Assembly: GCA_000008085.1 (NCBI GenBank)
Contig: AE017199.1
Location: forward strand, 210,001-242,000
Direction of reading: 5' to 3'
DNA: 32,000 nt
From: Nanoarchaeum equitans Kin4-M
GTDB taxonomy: Archaea; Nanobdellota; Nanobdellia; Nanobdellales; Nanoarchaeaceae
A model generated the notes under the pieces. The model made no database searches. It worked only from the letters and a program-made list of their open reading frames with translations, and was not told the origin of the DNA. The position numbers and the translations under genes were made by a program. Shown piece after piece: positions 19,048 to 30,400 of this stretch (the first letter of the stretch is position 1; each line of letters opens with the position of its first letter).

Positions 19048-19317
19048 TTATTCTTCCTTTTTAATAGAAACTCTCGCAATAATCATTATATCGCCTATGG
19101 CCCTTACTAAAGTATGGGGTACAATTATACCCTTACCCCTTAAAGCTTCTTTTATTTTTGGGTTTTCTAATCTAACTTGCCACCCATATATTCTGGAATT
19201 GTCTTGTATTAGTGCTTCTTCAACTTTTCCCAAATAAATGCCATCTTCAGTATAAACTTGTTTATCATAAGCTTGGCTAACTCTCATATACCTTTCCATT
19301 AACATAGATTTAAACAA
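19048..19317 (-). CDS. PRC-barrel domain protein
   Basis: QVYTEDGIYLGKVEEALIQDNSRIYGWQVRLE...IIVPHTLVRAIGDIMIIA resembles small archaeal PRC-barrel proteins. Confidence 0.65.
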   Translation of the reverse strand: MFKSMLMERYMRVSQAYDKQVYTEDGIYLGKVEEALIQDNSRIYGWQVRLENPKIKEALRGKGIIVPHTLVRAIGDIMIIARVSIKKEE

Positions 19318-19334
19318 TGATTTAAAAAATATAG

Positions 19335-19541
19335 ATGTTACATTTTATTGACAAATCCGTAAGACAGCATTTGGGCTATTTTTTAAGATATCTAATAAAA
19401 CTCTTTGGCACACTATTGATAATCTTTTTGCTAGTTTATATGGTATCGAGCAAAGATATAAGGTATTTGGTTTTCTATCTTTATTATTTGGGTGTCCATG
19501 TGGTAGTAAATATTATTCTCTATGAAGAGTTTTTTAAATAA
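19335..19541 (+). CDS. Small hydrophobic hypothetical protein
   Basis: 68 aa; ATG start in an otherwise open intergenic gap, two hydrophobic segments; weak support. Confidence 0.4.
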   Translation: MLHFIDKSVRQHLGYFLRYLIKLFGTLLIIFLLVYMVSSKDIRYLVFYLYYLGVHVVVNIILYEEFFK

Positions 19542-19560
19542 TTAATATAAAATATAGCAA

Positions 19561-21621
19561 ATGAGATGGTTGTCCCTATTGCTAATACCTATAGCTTTGT
19601 CTTTGGTTATTGAAAATAATAGTTGTCTAAAAAATGGTAACCATACTATTTATGTCAAATCCAAATATTTCGATGAAAAAATGAATATTAGTATTGGTGA
19701 TAAAGAGTTTAGCTGCATAAGATCAAAAATAGAAGAAAATTATGTTCTATACAAATGTAATATAAATATAAATTTAAGCGATGGGTTGTATGATCTTAAA
19801 ACTCCCTTAGAGAGTTATACTATATGTATCGATAATCAACCTCCTACAATAGAAATAGGGGGCCAATACATAAATGTTTCTAATAATTATTGTTTCTATG
19901 ATTTCAATCCAAATATAAATGTTAAAGACAATGGTTGCTGTGAGAAAACAGATTTGTATATCTATTATAATGGAGAGCTCGTAAAAGAAATAACCAAACC
20001 TGGTTTCTATATAATAAAAGCTTCTGACAAAGCTGGCAATACAATAGAGCAAAAACTAAACATTTGTTTTCCAGAAACTAATAAGCCAACAATAAAATTA
20101 ATTGATTATAAAGTTGGCACAAACATAAACGCGACATTTTATGTTAAAGACGATAGCTTAATAAAAGAGGTTAGCTATTGTAATATTAATCCAATAAAAG
20201 AGGGTTATATAAATTGTAGTTTACCAAAACAAGAAACTGTAACTATGACTGTAACAGATATTTACAATAATAGTTATAGCGAAACCTTCGTTTTCGATAT
20301 TGAACCCCCCACAATAAAAATAATAGACCCAATTCCAATAGATAATACTATATACCTAAACGCTTCTAAATTGGAAGTAAGTTTATTGGTTTCGCCCGAT
20401 ACTAAAAAATGTTGGTTAGGCAATCAAGAATTGCCTATAGTAAATAACATTGTAAAAGCAATGTTTAGCGATAGCGGCGATTATACTATTGTTTGTGAAG
20501 ATGAAAAAGGAAACAAAGCTCAAAAAACTTTACATGTTATAGTTGATACAATTCCCCCAGAATTAAACATAATAGATTATGGCTATAATGTTGATGACAA
20601 AGGAGTTTACGCATATATTAGATATACAATAAGCCCCGATGCGTATGTAAAAGTATATAAAAATGGAGTATACTTACAAAACTCTTATAGTGGTATAATA
20701 AAGGATTATAATGTTTTTGTTGGGCAAAAATATGTTTATACTTTAGAGCCAATAGATTATGCTAACAACAAAGGAGAATCAAAAGAAGTAGTTATTTATA
20801 TAAAAAGCGATAAAAAATGTAAATTGGATTTCAAAATTTTGCCAAAATATAAATATCATTTATCTAAAAATGTAAAACTATTAATAGAAACGGAACCAAA
20901 AGCTTTTGTTACAGTAACCAACAATAATAATGTTGTATGCATAGGCAATGCTAATGAAGCTGGTACGTATTTATGTAATGTATCTTTAACAAATGGAGAA
21001 AACAAAATAGTTATTAGCTCTATTGACCCTACAGGAGACAAAGCTGAAAAAACTATTGTTTTATACAAAGACGATTTAATAATATATTTGCCCTCTATAA
21101 CATCATTTGAAGGGAAAGCCTTAATAGTATATGATAACAAAATTGAAGAAGAAAGAAGTTCAATAAACTTCTTTGGATTTTATACTAACAATGTTAAGGT
21201 TGACGTCTATGCATCAAACAAATTAGTTTGTTCTAACTACCAAAAACCATTATGTGAAAAAAGAAATAACATATATTTTATAGCGAATACATTATCGGCA
21301 TTGGCAACAAAATACAAAACAGACCAAATAAAAATAAAAGCCCAATTTGGCGATTTAAATAGAGAGATAACTGTGGATTTAAAGAGAGAAAGCGTATCCC
21401 TAGGAAAATACTCTATCGCTCTCGGAGGGGCGCTATTGCCATTCTTTAGACAAAGCAGCGAGAACATATTATTATTCGCTCTAAGCGCCATAATAGTATT
21501 TGGAACCGCTTTAGTCGATTTAAGGAGAATATCCATAGAATTACCTAAAGCAAGAATAGAGTTTAACCTTATAGACAAAATCAAAAATTTATTATCAAAA
21601 ATTAGGAAAGACTTGAAATGA
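19561..21621 (+). CDS. Secreted, membrane-anchored surface protein with tandem Ig-like/cadherin-like repeats
   Basis: Signal peptide MRWLSLLLIPIALS; repeated boundary pattern (NQPPTIEI, NKPTIKLI, IEPPTIKII, TIPPELNII) with DxxGN strands; C-terminal TM ENILLFALSAIIVFGTALVDL and basic tail. Confidence 0.8.
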   Translation: MRWLSLLLIPIALSLVIENNSCLKNGNHTIYVKSKYFDEKMNISIGDKEFSCIRSKIEENYVLYKCNININLSDGLYDLKTPLESYTICIDNQPPTIEIGGQYINVSNNYCFYDFNPNINVKDNGCCEKTDLYIYYNGELVKEITKPGFYIIKASDKAGNTIEQKLNICFPETNKPTIKLIDYKVGTNINATFYVKDDSLIKEVSYCNINPIKEGYINCSLPKQETVTMTVTDIYNNSYSETFVFDIEPPTIKIIDPIPIDNTIYLNASKLEVSLLVSPDTKKCWLGNQELPIVNNIVKAMFSDSGDYTIVCEDEKGNKAQKTLHVIVDTIPPELNIIDYGYNVDDKGVYAYIRYTISPDAYVKVYKNGVYLQNSYSGIIKDYNVFVGQKYVYTLEPIDYANNKGESKEVVIYIKSDKKCKLDFKILPKYKYHLSKNVKLLIETEPKAFVTVTNNNNVVCIGNANEAGTYLCNVSLTNGENKIVISSIDPTGDKAEKTIVLYKDDLIIYLPSITSFEGKALIVYDNKIEEERSSINFFGFYTNNVKVDVYASNKLVCSNYQKPLCEKRNNIYFIANTLSALATKYKTDQIKIKAQFGDLNREITVDLKRESVSLGKYSIALGGALLPFFRQSSENILLFALSAIIVFGTALVDLRRISIELPKARIEFNLIDKIKNLLSKIRKDLK

Positions 21622-22079
21622 ACCTAAGAATTCCTTGGAAAGAAGTATATTATTTGGGCTATAACATGGGTAACTATATAAAAATTAGTGAGCCCGAATT
21701 ATTGTTTGTTCTAAGAAACAAACCTCAGATTAAAGATAGATTAAAATTGGACGAAAAAACTATAATAAAAGAAGGAGTAAAAAAATATAAAAATTTTTGG
21801 GAAATTTATTACACCGTAAAAGATTTGATTTTGAGAGGTTATAGAGTTAGATTTGACGGGTTTTTTATAGAGTTATATGAAAAAGGTATAATCCCTGGAA
21901 CAATAGAGCAAGATTATTTGGTTTATCCCGTTAGTGGTGAAATAAGAATGACTTGGGGAGAATTATTAGATATTTATAATAAAGCAATTGCAAGAAAATC
22001 AAAATTTATGTTAGCAATAGTGGATAGCGAAGGAGATGTCACTTATTACGAATTCCGAAAGCTCCGTTCCAATAAATAG
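21618..22079 (+). CDS. endA: tRNA-splicing endonuclease EndA-family subunit, probable non-catalytic/structural
   Basis: YYTVKDLILRGYRVRF...FFIELYEKG...DYLVYPV...KFMLAIVDSEGDVTYYEFRKL matches the EndA C-terminal nuclease fold; the expected His before YLV is absent (TIEQDYLV). Confidence 0.8.
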   Translation: MNLRIPWKEVYYLGYNMGNYIKISEPELLFVLRNKPQIKDRLKLDEKTIIKEGVKKYKNFWEIYYTVKDLILRGYRVRFDGFFIELYEKGIIPGTIEQDYLVYPVSGEIRMTWGELLDIYNKAIARKSKFMLAIVDSEGDVTYYEFRKLRSNK

Positions 22080-22435
22080 ATTCCTTCTAGTATTGTGGCA
22101 ATTTTATCTAAAGGCAAACCCAAATAAAAATATGCTGCAGCGAGAATATAAATTATTCCTGTAATTCTGGCCAATAAATTGTTATATTCTAGCAAACCTA
22201 AACCGAAAAAGAAAAACGCTATAACATACAAAGATAATATAACAAAATCCCCTATGTTATATGGCACTAAATAATATTGGGGTAATAGCAATAACATTAT
22301 TGTACCTATATACAACCAAAAGTTTTTGTCTTTCATTGCTATATAAAGCCATACAGCTAGGGCTAAACTATTATTTATTGGTAAAACCAAAGACAAAATA
22401 TCTGTTATGCCTGCTAACAAATATAGATATTGCAT
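22046..22435 (-). CDS. Small polytopic membrane protein
   Basis: 129 aa, mostly hydrophobic helices; 34-bp convergent overlap with the EndA-like gene. Confidence 0.6.
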   Translation of the reverse strand: MQYLYLLAGITDILSLVLPINNSLALAVWLYIAMKDKNFWLYIGTIMLLLLPQYYLVPYNIGDFVILSLYVIAFFFFGLGLLEYNNLLARITGIIYILAAAYFYLGLPLDKIATILEGIYLLERSFRNS

Positions 22436-22467
22436 AAAATTTTTAAACTTTGTTTCTATTTATAAGC

Positions 22468-22659
22468 GTGAAAGCTAAAGATCTTAGACAAAAGAGTGTG
22501 CAAGAGTTAAAAGAATTATTGGCCAAATTAAGAGAGGAACTAAGAGTATTAAACACTTTATATATAAATAAAAGACCTTTTAACTATGGTAGGAGAAGAC
22601 AAATAAAAAGAGATATAGCTAGGATTTTAACTGTTCTAAGAGAAAGAAATGAAGCTTAA
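22468..22659 (+). CDS. rpl29: 50S ribosomal protein L29 (uL29)
   Basis: GTG start at 22468 ([31 protein letters not shown]...[18 protein letters not shown]); the annotated TTG at 22450 is probably upstream of the real start. Confidence 0.88.
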
Positions 22660-22966
22660 GAAAATAAGCGGAGGTTTTGACGAGTTATTAGAGGAATTAG
22701 AATCGCAGATAGAACAGGAAACTAGAAAAATCAAAGTAGTATTAGATGAAAGAAAGAAGAAAAAGAGAACCCCAAGTAAAGTTACTATAATTTATGGGAT
22801 TCCTGAGGAAGAAGCAGAGGAAGTAGTAAAATATTTAAAGAAAAAAATAGGGACTGGAGGAACATACAAAAATGGCGCTATAGAGCTTAGGGGAGATGTT
22901 AGGAAAAAAATTAAGCCAATCCTTATTGAATTGGGCTATAGGGAAGACCAGATTGAGATAGAATAG
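22649..22966 (+). CDS. Translation initiation factor eIF1/SUI1 homologue
   Basis: [58 protein letters not shown]: SUI1 pattern. Confidence 0.88.
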
Positions 22967-24173
22967 AATCAATTATTTCGAAACTCTTCTCTATGGATCT
23001 ATATTCGTAATAGTCTTGTTTAATAAATTCTTTTTCCACCAATTCTGCAAACTTTAAATAGGCTTTATCCTCTTTTGATAGAGAGTCTTCCCCAACTATT
23101 GTTGCTATGTCTCTAGCTTCTAAGCCTTTAGCATAGCTTTTTATTAAGATATCTGCATATTTTTTATGTTTTTTAGACATACCATTTTTAGCTAATCTAG
23201 ATAGGCTTTTTAACAAATCTATTGGAGGATAAATATTTTTAGAATGCAAATCTTGAGATAAAACATATTGCCCCTCTGTAATATAACCGGTTAAATCTGG
23301 CACTACATGGGTTATATCATTACCAGGCATAGTTAGCATAGGTATTAATGTTATAGAGCCCTTTGATGTTAAACCAGATCTTTCATATATAGAGGCTAAA
23401 TCTGTATACAAATAAGCAGGGTATCCTCTCCTAGAGGGGATCTCTTTTCTTAAGGTTGAAATCTCTCTTAAAGCATCGGCATAATTAGTCATATCTAACA
23501 TTAAAACCAAAACATCTCTATTTTTTTCAAAAGCCAGATATTCTGCTAAAGTTAGTGCAACTCTTGGAGTGTAAATTTTTTCTATAGGAGAGCTATCCGC
23601 TTTAGAAATAAATATGGCGCTATTCATTATAGCTTTGGTATTTATGAATTCGTCGATAAACATTTTATATATATCGGAAGGCACACCTATTGCTGCAAAT
23701 ATAATTGTTTTGTCTTTAGCTACATTTCTAGCAATTTGGAGGGCTAGCCTTTCCATAGGCAAACCTGGGGGGGAAAATATTGCTATTTTCTGCCCTTTTA
23801 ATAATGGGTGCGCAACATCTATTGAGGAAATACCTGTATACAATATTTCGTTTGGAACCTTTCTAGCATAGGGGTTTATGGCTAAACCATTAATGTCTCT
23901 ATAATCCTCAGGATAAGGTTTTGGTCCTTTTATTGGCTCTCCAAATCCATTGAATATGCCCCCAATATAATCTTCGCTAACAGCTATTTTGTATGTGTTT
24001 CCTTGTCTATTAATTTGCTTTATTTCTCCTGTATAATAGTCAAACAATAAAGCTAAAGCTTTATTTTCATAAGCAGCAATAACTATGGCTTTAGTTTCTT
24101 CCAAATCTATTACTTCTCCGAGCATTGGGTTTTCTAATTCTACTGCTATTAGTGGGGGTTTAATGGAAGGCAT
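22923..24173 (-). CDS. atpB: A-type ATP synthase subunit B
   Basis: 416 aa; NPYARKVPNEILYTGISSIDVAHPLLKGQKIAIFSPPGLPMERLALQIAR, IEKIYTPRVALTLAEYLAFE, LLDMTNYADALREISTLRKEIPSRRGYPAYLYTDLASIYERSG, GSITLIPMLTMPGNDITHVVPDLTGYITEGQ. Confidence 0.92.
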   Translation of the reverse strand: MPSIKPPLIAVELENPMLGEVIDLEETKAIVIAAYENKALALLFDYYTGEIKQINRQGNTYKIAVSEDYIGGIFNGFGEPIKGPKPYPEDYRDINGLAINPYARKVPNEILYTGISSIDVAHPLLKGQKIAIFSPPGLPMERLALQIARNVAKDKTIIFAAIGVPSDIYKMFIDEFINTKAIMNSAIFISKADSSPIEKIYTPRVALTLAEYLAFEKNRDVLVLMLDMTNYADALREISTLRKEIPSRRGYPAYLYTDLASIYERSGLTSKGSITLIPMLTMPGNDITHVVPDLTGYITEGQYVLSQDLHSKNIYPPIDLLKSLSRLAKNGMSKKHKKYADILIKSYAKGLEARDIATIVGEDSLSKEDKAYLKFAELVEKEFIKQDYYEYRSIEKSFEIIDSILSQSGLPYSPIQ

Positions 24174-24205
24174 TTTGGTTATTTATAGTTTGGAGTTAAA
24201 TAATT

Positions 24206-24475
24206 TTATTGCGGGGCCCAAATAGCCTCTATGGCAATATCAGAACTGTCTACTATTTTGTTCTTATTCATGTCAATGAAGTAGCCTGGTTTGTAGTGTA
24301 TTATATAATAATTATGAGTTGTTGTTTTAAAGGATGAGTCTACAAGTACTGTGGATCCAGTATCATAAATTATAATATAGCAAACCTGCTTTTTTTGGAA
24401 TACGTAATATTATATATTTATTTGTTTTACAAACAACACTCATTATCCAACCTTCCCAATGCTCTTATAGTGTTA
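24206..24475 (-). pseudogene. Possible decayed or frameshifted 3' continuation of the giant surface gene
   Basis: Open frames 24430-24555, 24366-24464 and 24209-24409 overlap in order and chain by three +1 shifts; the last ends ...GYFIDMNKNKIVDSSDIAIEAIWAPQ* with no in-frame start codon upstream. Confidence 0.45.
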
Positions 24476-27400
24476 CCATTCAACAAAGCGGGTTTCTTCG
24501 CTTTTACTTTTACATTGATAGATACTGCTAGCAATGCAGAGATTATTAACGTTAACTAGTATATAATAATTATAGCCATCGTTTGTTATTATAGGGGAAG
24601 CTTCTTCTCCATCGCTTAATACTACGTTCTCTTTTGGAGCTTTTATTATTGTATATTTATTACTCCCAATAGACACGTTACAAATTAGATAAGGATCGTT
24701 AACTGTAGTAGGAGAACCCGAACCAATTAATTTAACATTTCCTTTATTGTCTATTAGCATTGCAACCCAATTTGTTGAAATAGTTATCCCTCTATAGTTG
24801 GCGCCATCACTACTAGTTTTACATTCTATTTTATTAAAACCTGGAATGAATATTATATGTTTATTATCTGTAGTGTTAACCAAAAATATGTCTGCTGACG
24901 CTGGTTCTTTATATGTATTATGTGCACCATCTTTGTAATAAGAAGCGCTATCATATTTTCCGTATATGGCATAGTTATTTCCTTCTTTAACGATACAAAG
25001 TTTATCAACAGGATTACAATCACCAGGGTTTATTATTTTGTTGTTAGATATAAATATGTTAGCCTCATACTTAAAGCCACCATTAGTGTAGTCATAACAA
25101 TAGGCGTTCTTATAGGAGCATGCATACTGTGAGGGTTTTTGCTTTTCTACATAATTGCCGCCATTATCTTTAATTATCCATTTATCTATTAAATCGATAA
25201 ATACATTATACATTTTACAACTTCCTCCCTCATTTGCAACACACTGCCTGCCCGTACTGTAGTGTTGTACTTCTCCATTTAAAACAGTTACATTTACATA
25301 ATAATATTTGCTATCTGACCCAGCATAAAAAGTGCTGTATTTTCTATACCAGTTATTGTTATCTATAGTGATGGGAGAAGGATGGTCTATCTTTATAGTC
25401 TTTCCAGATCCAGTTTTTGAAACGTATAGTTCCCATCTCTTATTATTTGGATCAATAATTTTTGCTACAGCAACAACTTTACCAATATTTGCTCCACTAT
25501 AAGTAAACTCTGTATCATATAGATCGGGATCAATTCCGCTATTTCCCCAACTAGATCCAGATAGTTTAGAAACTTTTAAAGCACCTCTGTCGCCAATCTC
25601 GCCTTCAACTATCTTATATAAAGTTCCCCCAGTATTATAATAACAAGCTTCCGTAGTACATAATAATTCTCCATCTTCAATAGAGACACTTTCTCCATAA
25701 CTAATATTAACATATTCTATATTATTGTCACTTTTAAGTTTTATAGCCCGTACCGCACGGAAAGTATTGGGGACTGCATGTTCCATTATCCCATTAATAG
25801 AGAAAGAAAAGTTATTTAACACGGGAGCTATAGGTGTTTTCACAGCTTCCCTAAATATCAAATTCCAAAATATTGGCACATTTTGTTGTTTAACTATTGT
25901 ACCATCTTTCATAGTTACAACCTTTAATCCTTCACCATTCTCATTATATATAGCATACCCTGCCTTTGCAAATGGATTTTCAAATACGCATCCAAATAAG
26001 CCCATAATATCTTTAATTTCGTTCTCAGCTTTTATTTCTTTATTGGATACCTCTATAGTAAAGCAATTAGTCTTACTTTTTTCAAAGTTTGGGCTGCTAT
26101 AATAGTTATACGGTTGATAGCAAGCAATTCTATTGCCATAGGCAACAACTTTATTTTCCATATCGTATTCCACATATGGGTACTTACTTATATATATCTT
26201 AGAACCATCGTCATATAACCATACTTTTTTGTTGCCTATTTCCAATAATTTCCATGTATTTGCTGCTAAGTTAATAGAATAAACTTTATATTTTGGAGTT
26301 GGTAGGGATTCTTTTTTTCCACATCCATCAGATAATTTGGGAGTTTTGCTATCACTTATAGCGAAATAAATAGTATTAGAAGAATCTTTAATTTTTATTA
26401 TTCTCAAGTTAGGTATTCCGTTTCCTAGGTTTATTGATATTTTTTCATATGACCCATCGGGATTGCTAATGTTTATATTACAATTAATATTATTAACTTT
26501 TATAGAAGTTTTTCCATTGGTTATTTTGTAGCCTCCATTAGTTGGGTATATAGTTATATATGGATCTATGTCTATAGAAGTTTTATCACACTCAAGCTTT
26601 GCCTTGTTAGGAATACTCTTGTATATTATTGTATAGGTTTTTTTATTTCCATTAATTTGCATAGTAACAAACCCTTCATGAGAATCGCATTTGCCTTTAA
26701 CTAATTTATCATCGAGTGATAGAACTCTTATATCTTTAATGGTTCCACTACTACTATCTACTCCATTGACATAGCAGCTATATGCATAAGAAGTTGGAGT
26801 AACTGTTACTACTTTATTTTCAGTTTCTAATTTCTCTCCTAACATTTTACTTAATATATCTTTCCATCCTTCCAATAGTTTTTTGCAAATATTATCGCTC
26901 CAATTTATATGGATTTCTCCATTAAAGGGTATTAAGAAGGTTTTCGATGGGGTTGCTATGTATATAACTTTCTCTTTAGTCTTATAACTTTCGTTGCAAA
27001 ATATATCTGTTATAGCATACCATCTTTTTATTGATAGAGAGATATTTTCTTCATTACCAAAAATTTCTATTAAGCATTTCCCTATATTTTCCATTACATT
27101 TTCACTATTTGCAGAGATGCTATCAATAGCACATTCGCCCTCCCCCTCAATATTAACACTTGACATCTTTCCTATCAATTTTTGTTGTAGTTTGCTCATT
27201 ATTGTTGGTATGGCATTTGCTGTAACATAAGCGATAATGGGTTTACATGGTTCTTTATTTATTGTGCAGATGTTTATTCTTTTTATATTAGAGTTGGGAG
27301 TGTAAAATAATAATAGGGATCTCAAAATTGGAAAGAATGGCAATTGGTCCAAAAATGCACCAGCAACATATAAGGAATTAAAATTAAATTGATTAGTGCC

Positions 27401-30400
27401 ATTTACATAATTAAAAACATCTTTTGGTAATAACCCAACACCATAACTAACATTAATTTTTATGCTTTTTATTTCCTCTATAGCTTTACTAATATTGTTT
27501 AGCATAATATTATCGATGTCGATTTCATTATATCGATTTATTGCGAGCACTTGAGAGAAATCTACTTTATCACCATTAGCAGTTTCTCCTAAAAATGGAA
27601 ATATTATATTTTCATTTGTTCCAGAACTGGAATCTATAGGTTCTTTTTTGTATTCCTTTCCTGCTAAACTATAAAATAGAGCCTTAAACTCTTTTTTGAA
27701 TGTATCTAATATTAAACCTTTGTCAAAAACAAATTGGTTATTATTGTATATAAATTGATAACCATCTAATATTTCCAAAAGGTTTTTACTCCCTTTCGCT
27801 ATCTTATTGCAGCTATCAACATAGAAATATGCATCTTCAACAATTCTTTTTGGTTGTACCGTTCCTGTTGGGGTTGATAGTACCCCAAAAACCGAACTTA
27901 AAGTGTTTATTATGGTATCAACAGCTTTTCCAACATTTTGTATGGCTTTTTCTAATTGTTTGCTACTCTCTTTACATGTTTTATACCTAGCATATATAGA
28001 GTTAATTATTAATTCTACTTTATTGTCAAACAATGTTAAATAATCATCGACCAACCCAATTAAATCGTTTAGCACAAGCTGGTATGTTCTTAATAATAAC
28101 TCTTCGAACTTTTTATATTCTGCATTAAGAATGGAAGCCAGATTTTCGATACCCTTATTTATATATTCGGTGCTTCCTTTTATAAATTCTTTGTATAGGT
28201 TTATTGTATTGTCCAGGTCTTTTTTGAGAGTACTTTCTTGCTCTTCAATAATTTTTTTGACTTCTTTTACTTTGCTTATTAATTGTTCTAACTGGGCTTT
28301 TTTGTCTGGATAAGAATCTGGGTCGATTCCTTCTATAATAGAAAGATAGCCTTTAAGTTTTGCTAATGCTATCTGGGCATTGGCCGCTTTTGATAGCTTA
28401 GTATCAATACATTCTAATAGAATATTGTATGAAACTTTATTAGTTAGTCTATTGATTATCGCTTGTTCAACAGAGCTTGGTATTAAAGCAATGGCTTTTA
28501 ATGTTTTATAATCTATTAGTTTTATTTCTCCAATTGTACTAGGCAATACCAAAGAGTTAATAGAAGAAACAACCGAACTAAAGTAATTTGTTAATGATGA
28601 GGTGACTTGCGATAAACTATACGCCAAATTATATAAAGAATTGGTTAGTAAAGTGTTTATTATAGGTTCTAATTTGTTATCTAGACTAGACAAACCCATC
28701 TCTAATTGGGATTTTACCATTTCTCTTATGTATTTTACTTCGTTAGAAGAATATATCGACAAAGGTGTTAGGACACTTAATGCTATATAATTTTGTAGCT
28801 CTTGTTGGTATAGTCTTTCCAAATCTATATTAGCTGTTAAAAACATTAATATATCAACCTCGCCCAAGCAATGGGATATACTATTCGATACCCAATTTTT
28901 AATGAGTTCTTTTTTATTATTGTACTGGACAAAGTCATCAATGTTTAATTCATTAATAATTTCATTAACAATATCATTAACAACTTTGTATGCTGCATAA
29001 TGTATTAAATAGTTACTAAGAGTGGCATAACTATTATTTCGTATATTAGAAAGAAGAACGTTTCTAGCATTTCTAGAGAGAAGGTTATTTCTAACATTTA
29101 TTATAACGCTATCACATATAGGAGGAGGCATTGCTTTATAGCATTGATATCTAGTATGCCACATATACCATGTTACACAATTAGTAATGCCATACCATAA
29201 GAAGGATTGGTCTATATCTCCATATAAATAAGCCAAAAATTTCGATATAAAATAGGCCTTGTCTATATTGTTTTCTCCAAAATAGTAAGTTGTTTGGTTG
29301 GCACACTCTTTTAATAATTGTTCATACCTTGGATCATTTGGGTTTGTTTTAGTTAATTCTATACAGCTCTCTAGAGATATATTCATATCAGACAAACCAA
29401 TTATTTTTTGTATTTCATCAATGTTTATTTGCTTATATAATTCGTGCAATACCCTTCTTTTTATTTTAGGTAAAACTTTCTTTAATGCAGGACAAGAATA
29501 ATTAGATATATTCAATGATTCTTTTAATGCTTTTACCGCTTCATCGATTTTTTCTTTAATGAAAGTTAATTGATTTATGCCTACATGGGATAACTCGTTT
29601 TCCAGCCTTTCTATATTTGTTATATTGGCTCTTAATTCTGTAAATGCTTTAAGCTTTAAGGTTTTCCCACTTGAAGTTGCCTCTAAAATAAACCAAGCCT
29701 CGCTTTCTGTTATGTTCCATATGCCCTTTCTCGCTATATATTGGGCTTTAAATATGTTTGAATAGTTGTTAGGTATTAAAGAACCTATAGAAAGGTTTAC
29801 GATTCCATTATCTGGATTCGTATCATAACTAATATTTAAAATACCTATGATATGGGGATTTTCAATTCTTTCTCCATTAGCTTCTAACGATATATTGTAT
29901 ACTGGGTATTTAAAGGATCTTGTCGAGATTTGAGCAATACAATTGTTTATGGTTATGTTTGTACTATACAAAGAAGCAGAAGACCCATCGAATAAAGTAG
30001 CATTTACCCTTAATATTATATTGTTATTATTAAGAAGCTCTGCTATTGATTTTGTATCTAATATAGGATTAAACATATTTATCCAATTGTCTGTAGTAGT
30101 GGTAGAGATATCGGAGATTGTATTATTCTCGCATGTATAATTTAGGTAAACCATGTCCTTATTATTGTATTTAAATGTGACAGTGTAGTTATTCTCCACA
30201 TAGCTTATTGATATATTAAAAGCGCTAATATGCCAATCTAGAGAAGTTTTTGCTGTTATATTAATAGTTTCTAACTTACATGGCACAAGCAAACCATCTT
30301 TGGTATATGTTATATCAGTTATATTTGTATCACATTTAAATTTATCTATAAACAAAGTGCTTTTCAGTTTAACCAAATCTTCATACAATTTGCTGCTATT

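Noticed and set aside
24209-24230. GCGGGGCCC segment resembling a GC-rich tRNA or split-tRNA piece
   Set aside because: Only a short GC block; it is read on the minus strand as the end (IWAPQ*) of the downstream open frame, and no tRNA arm can be built around it.
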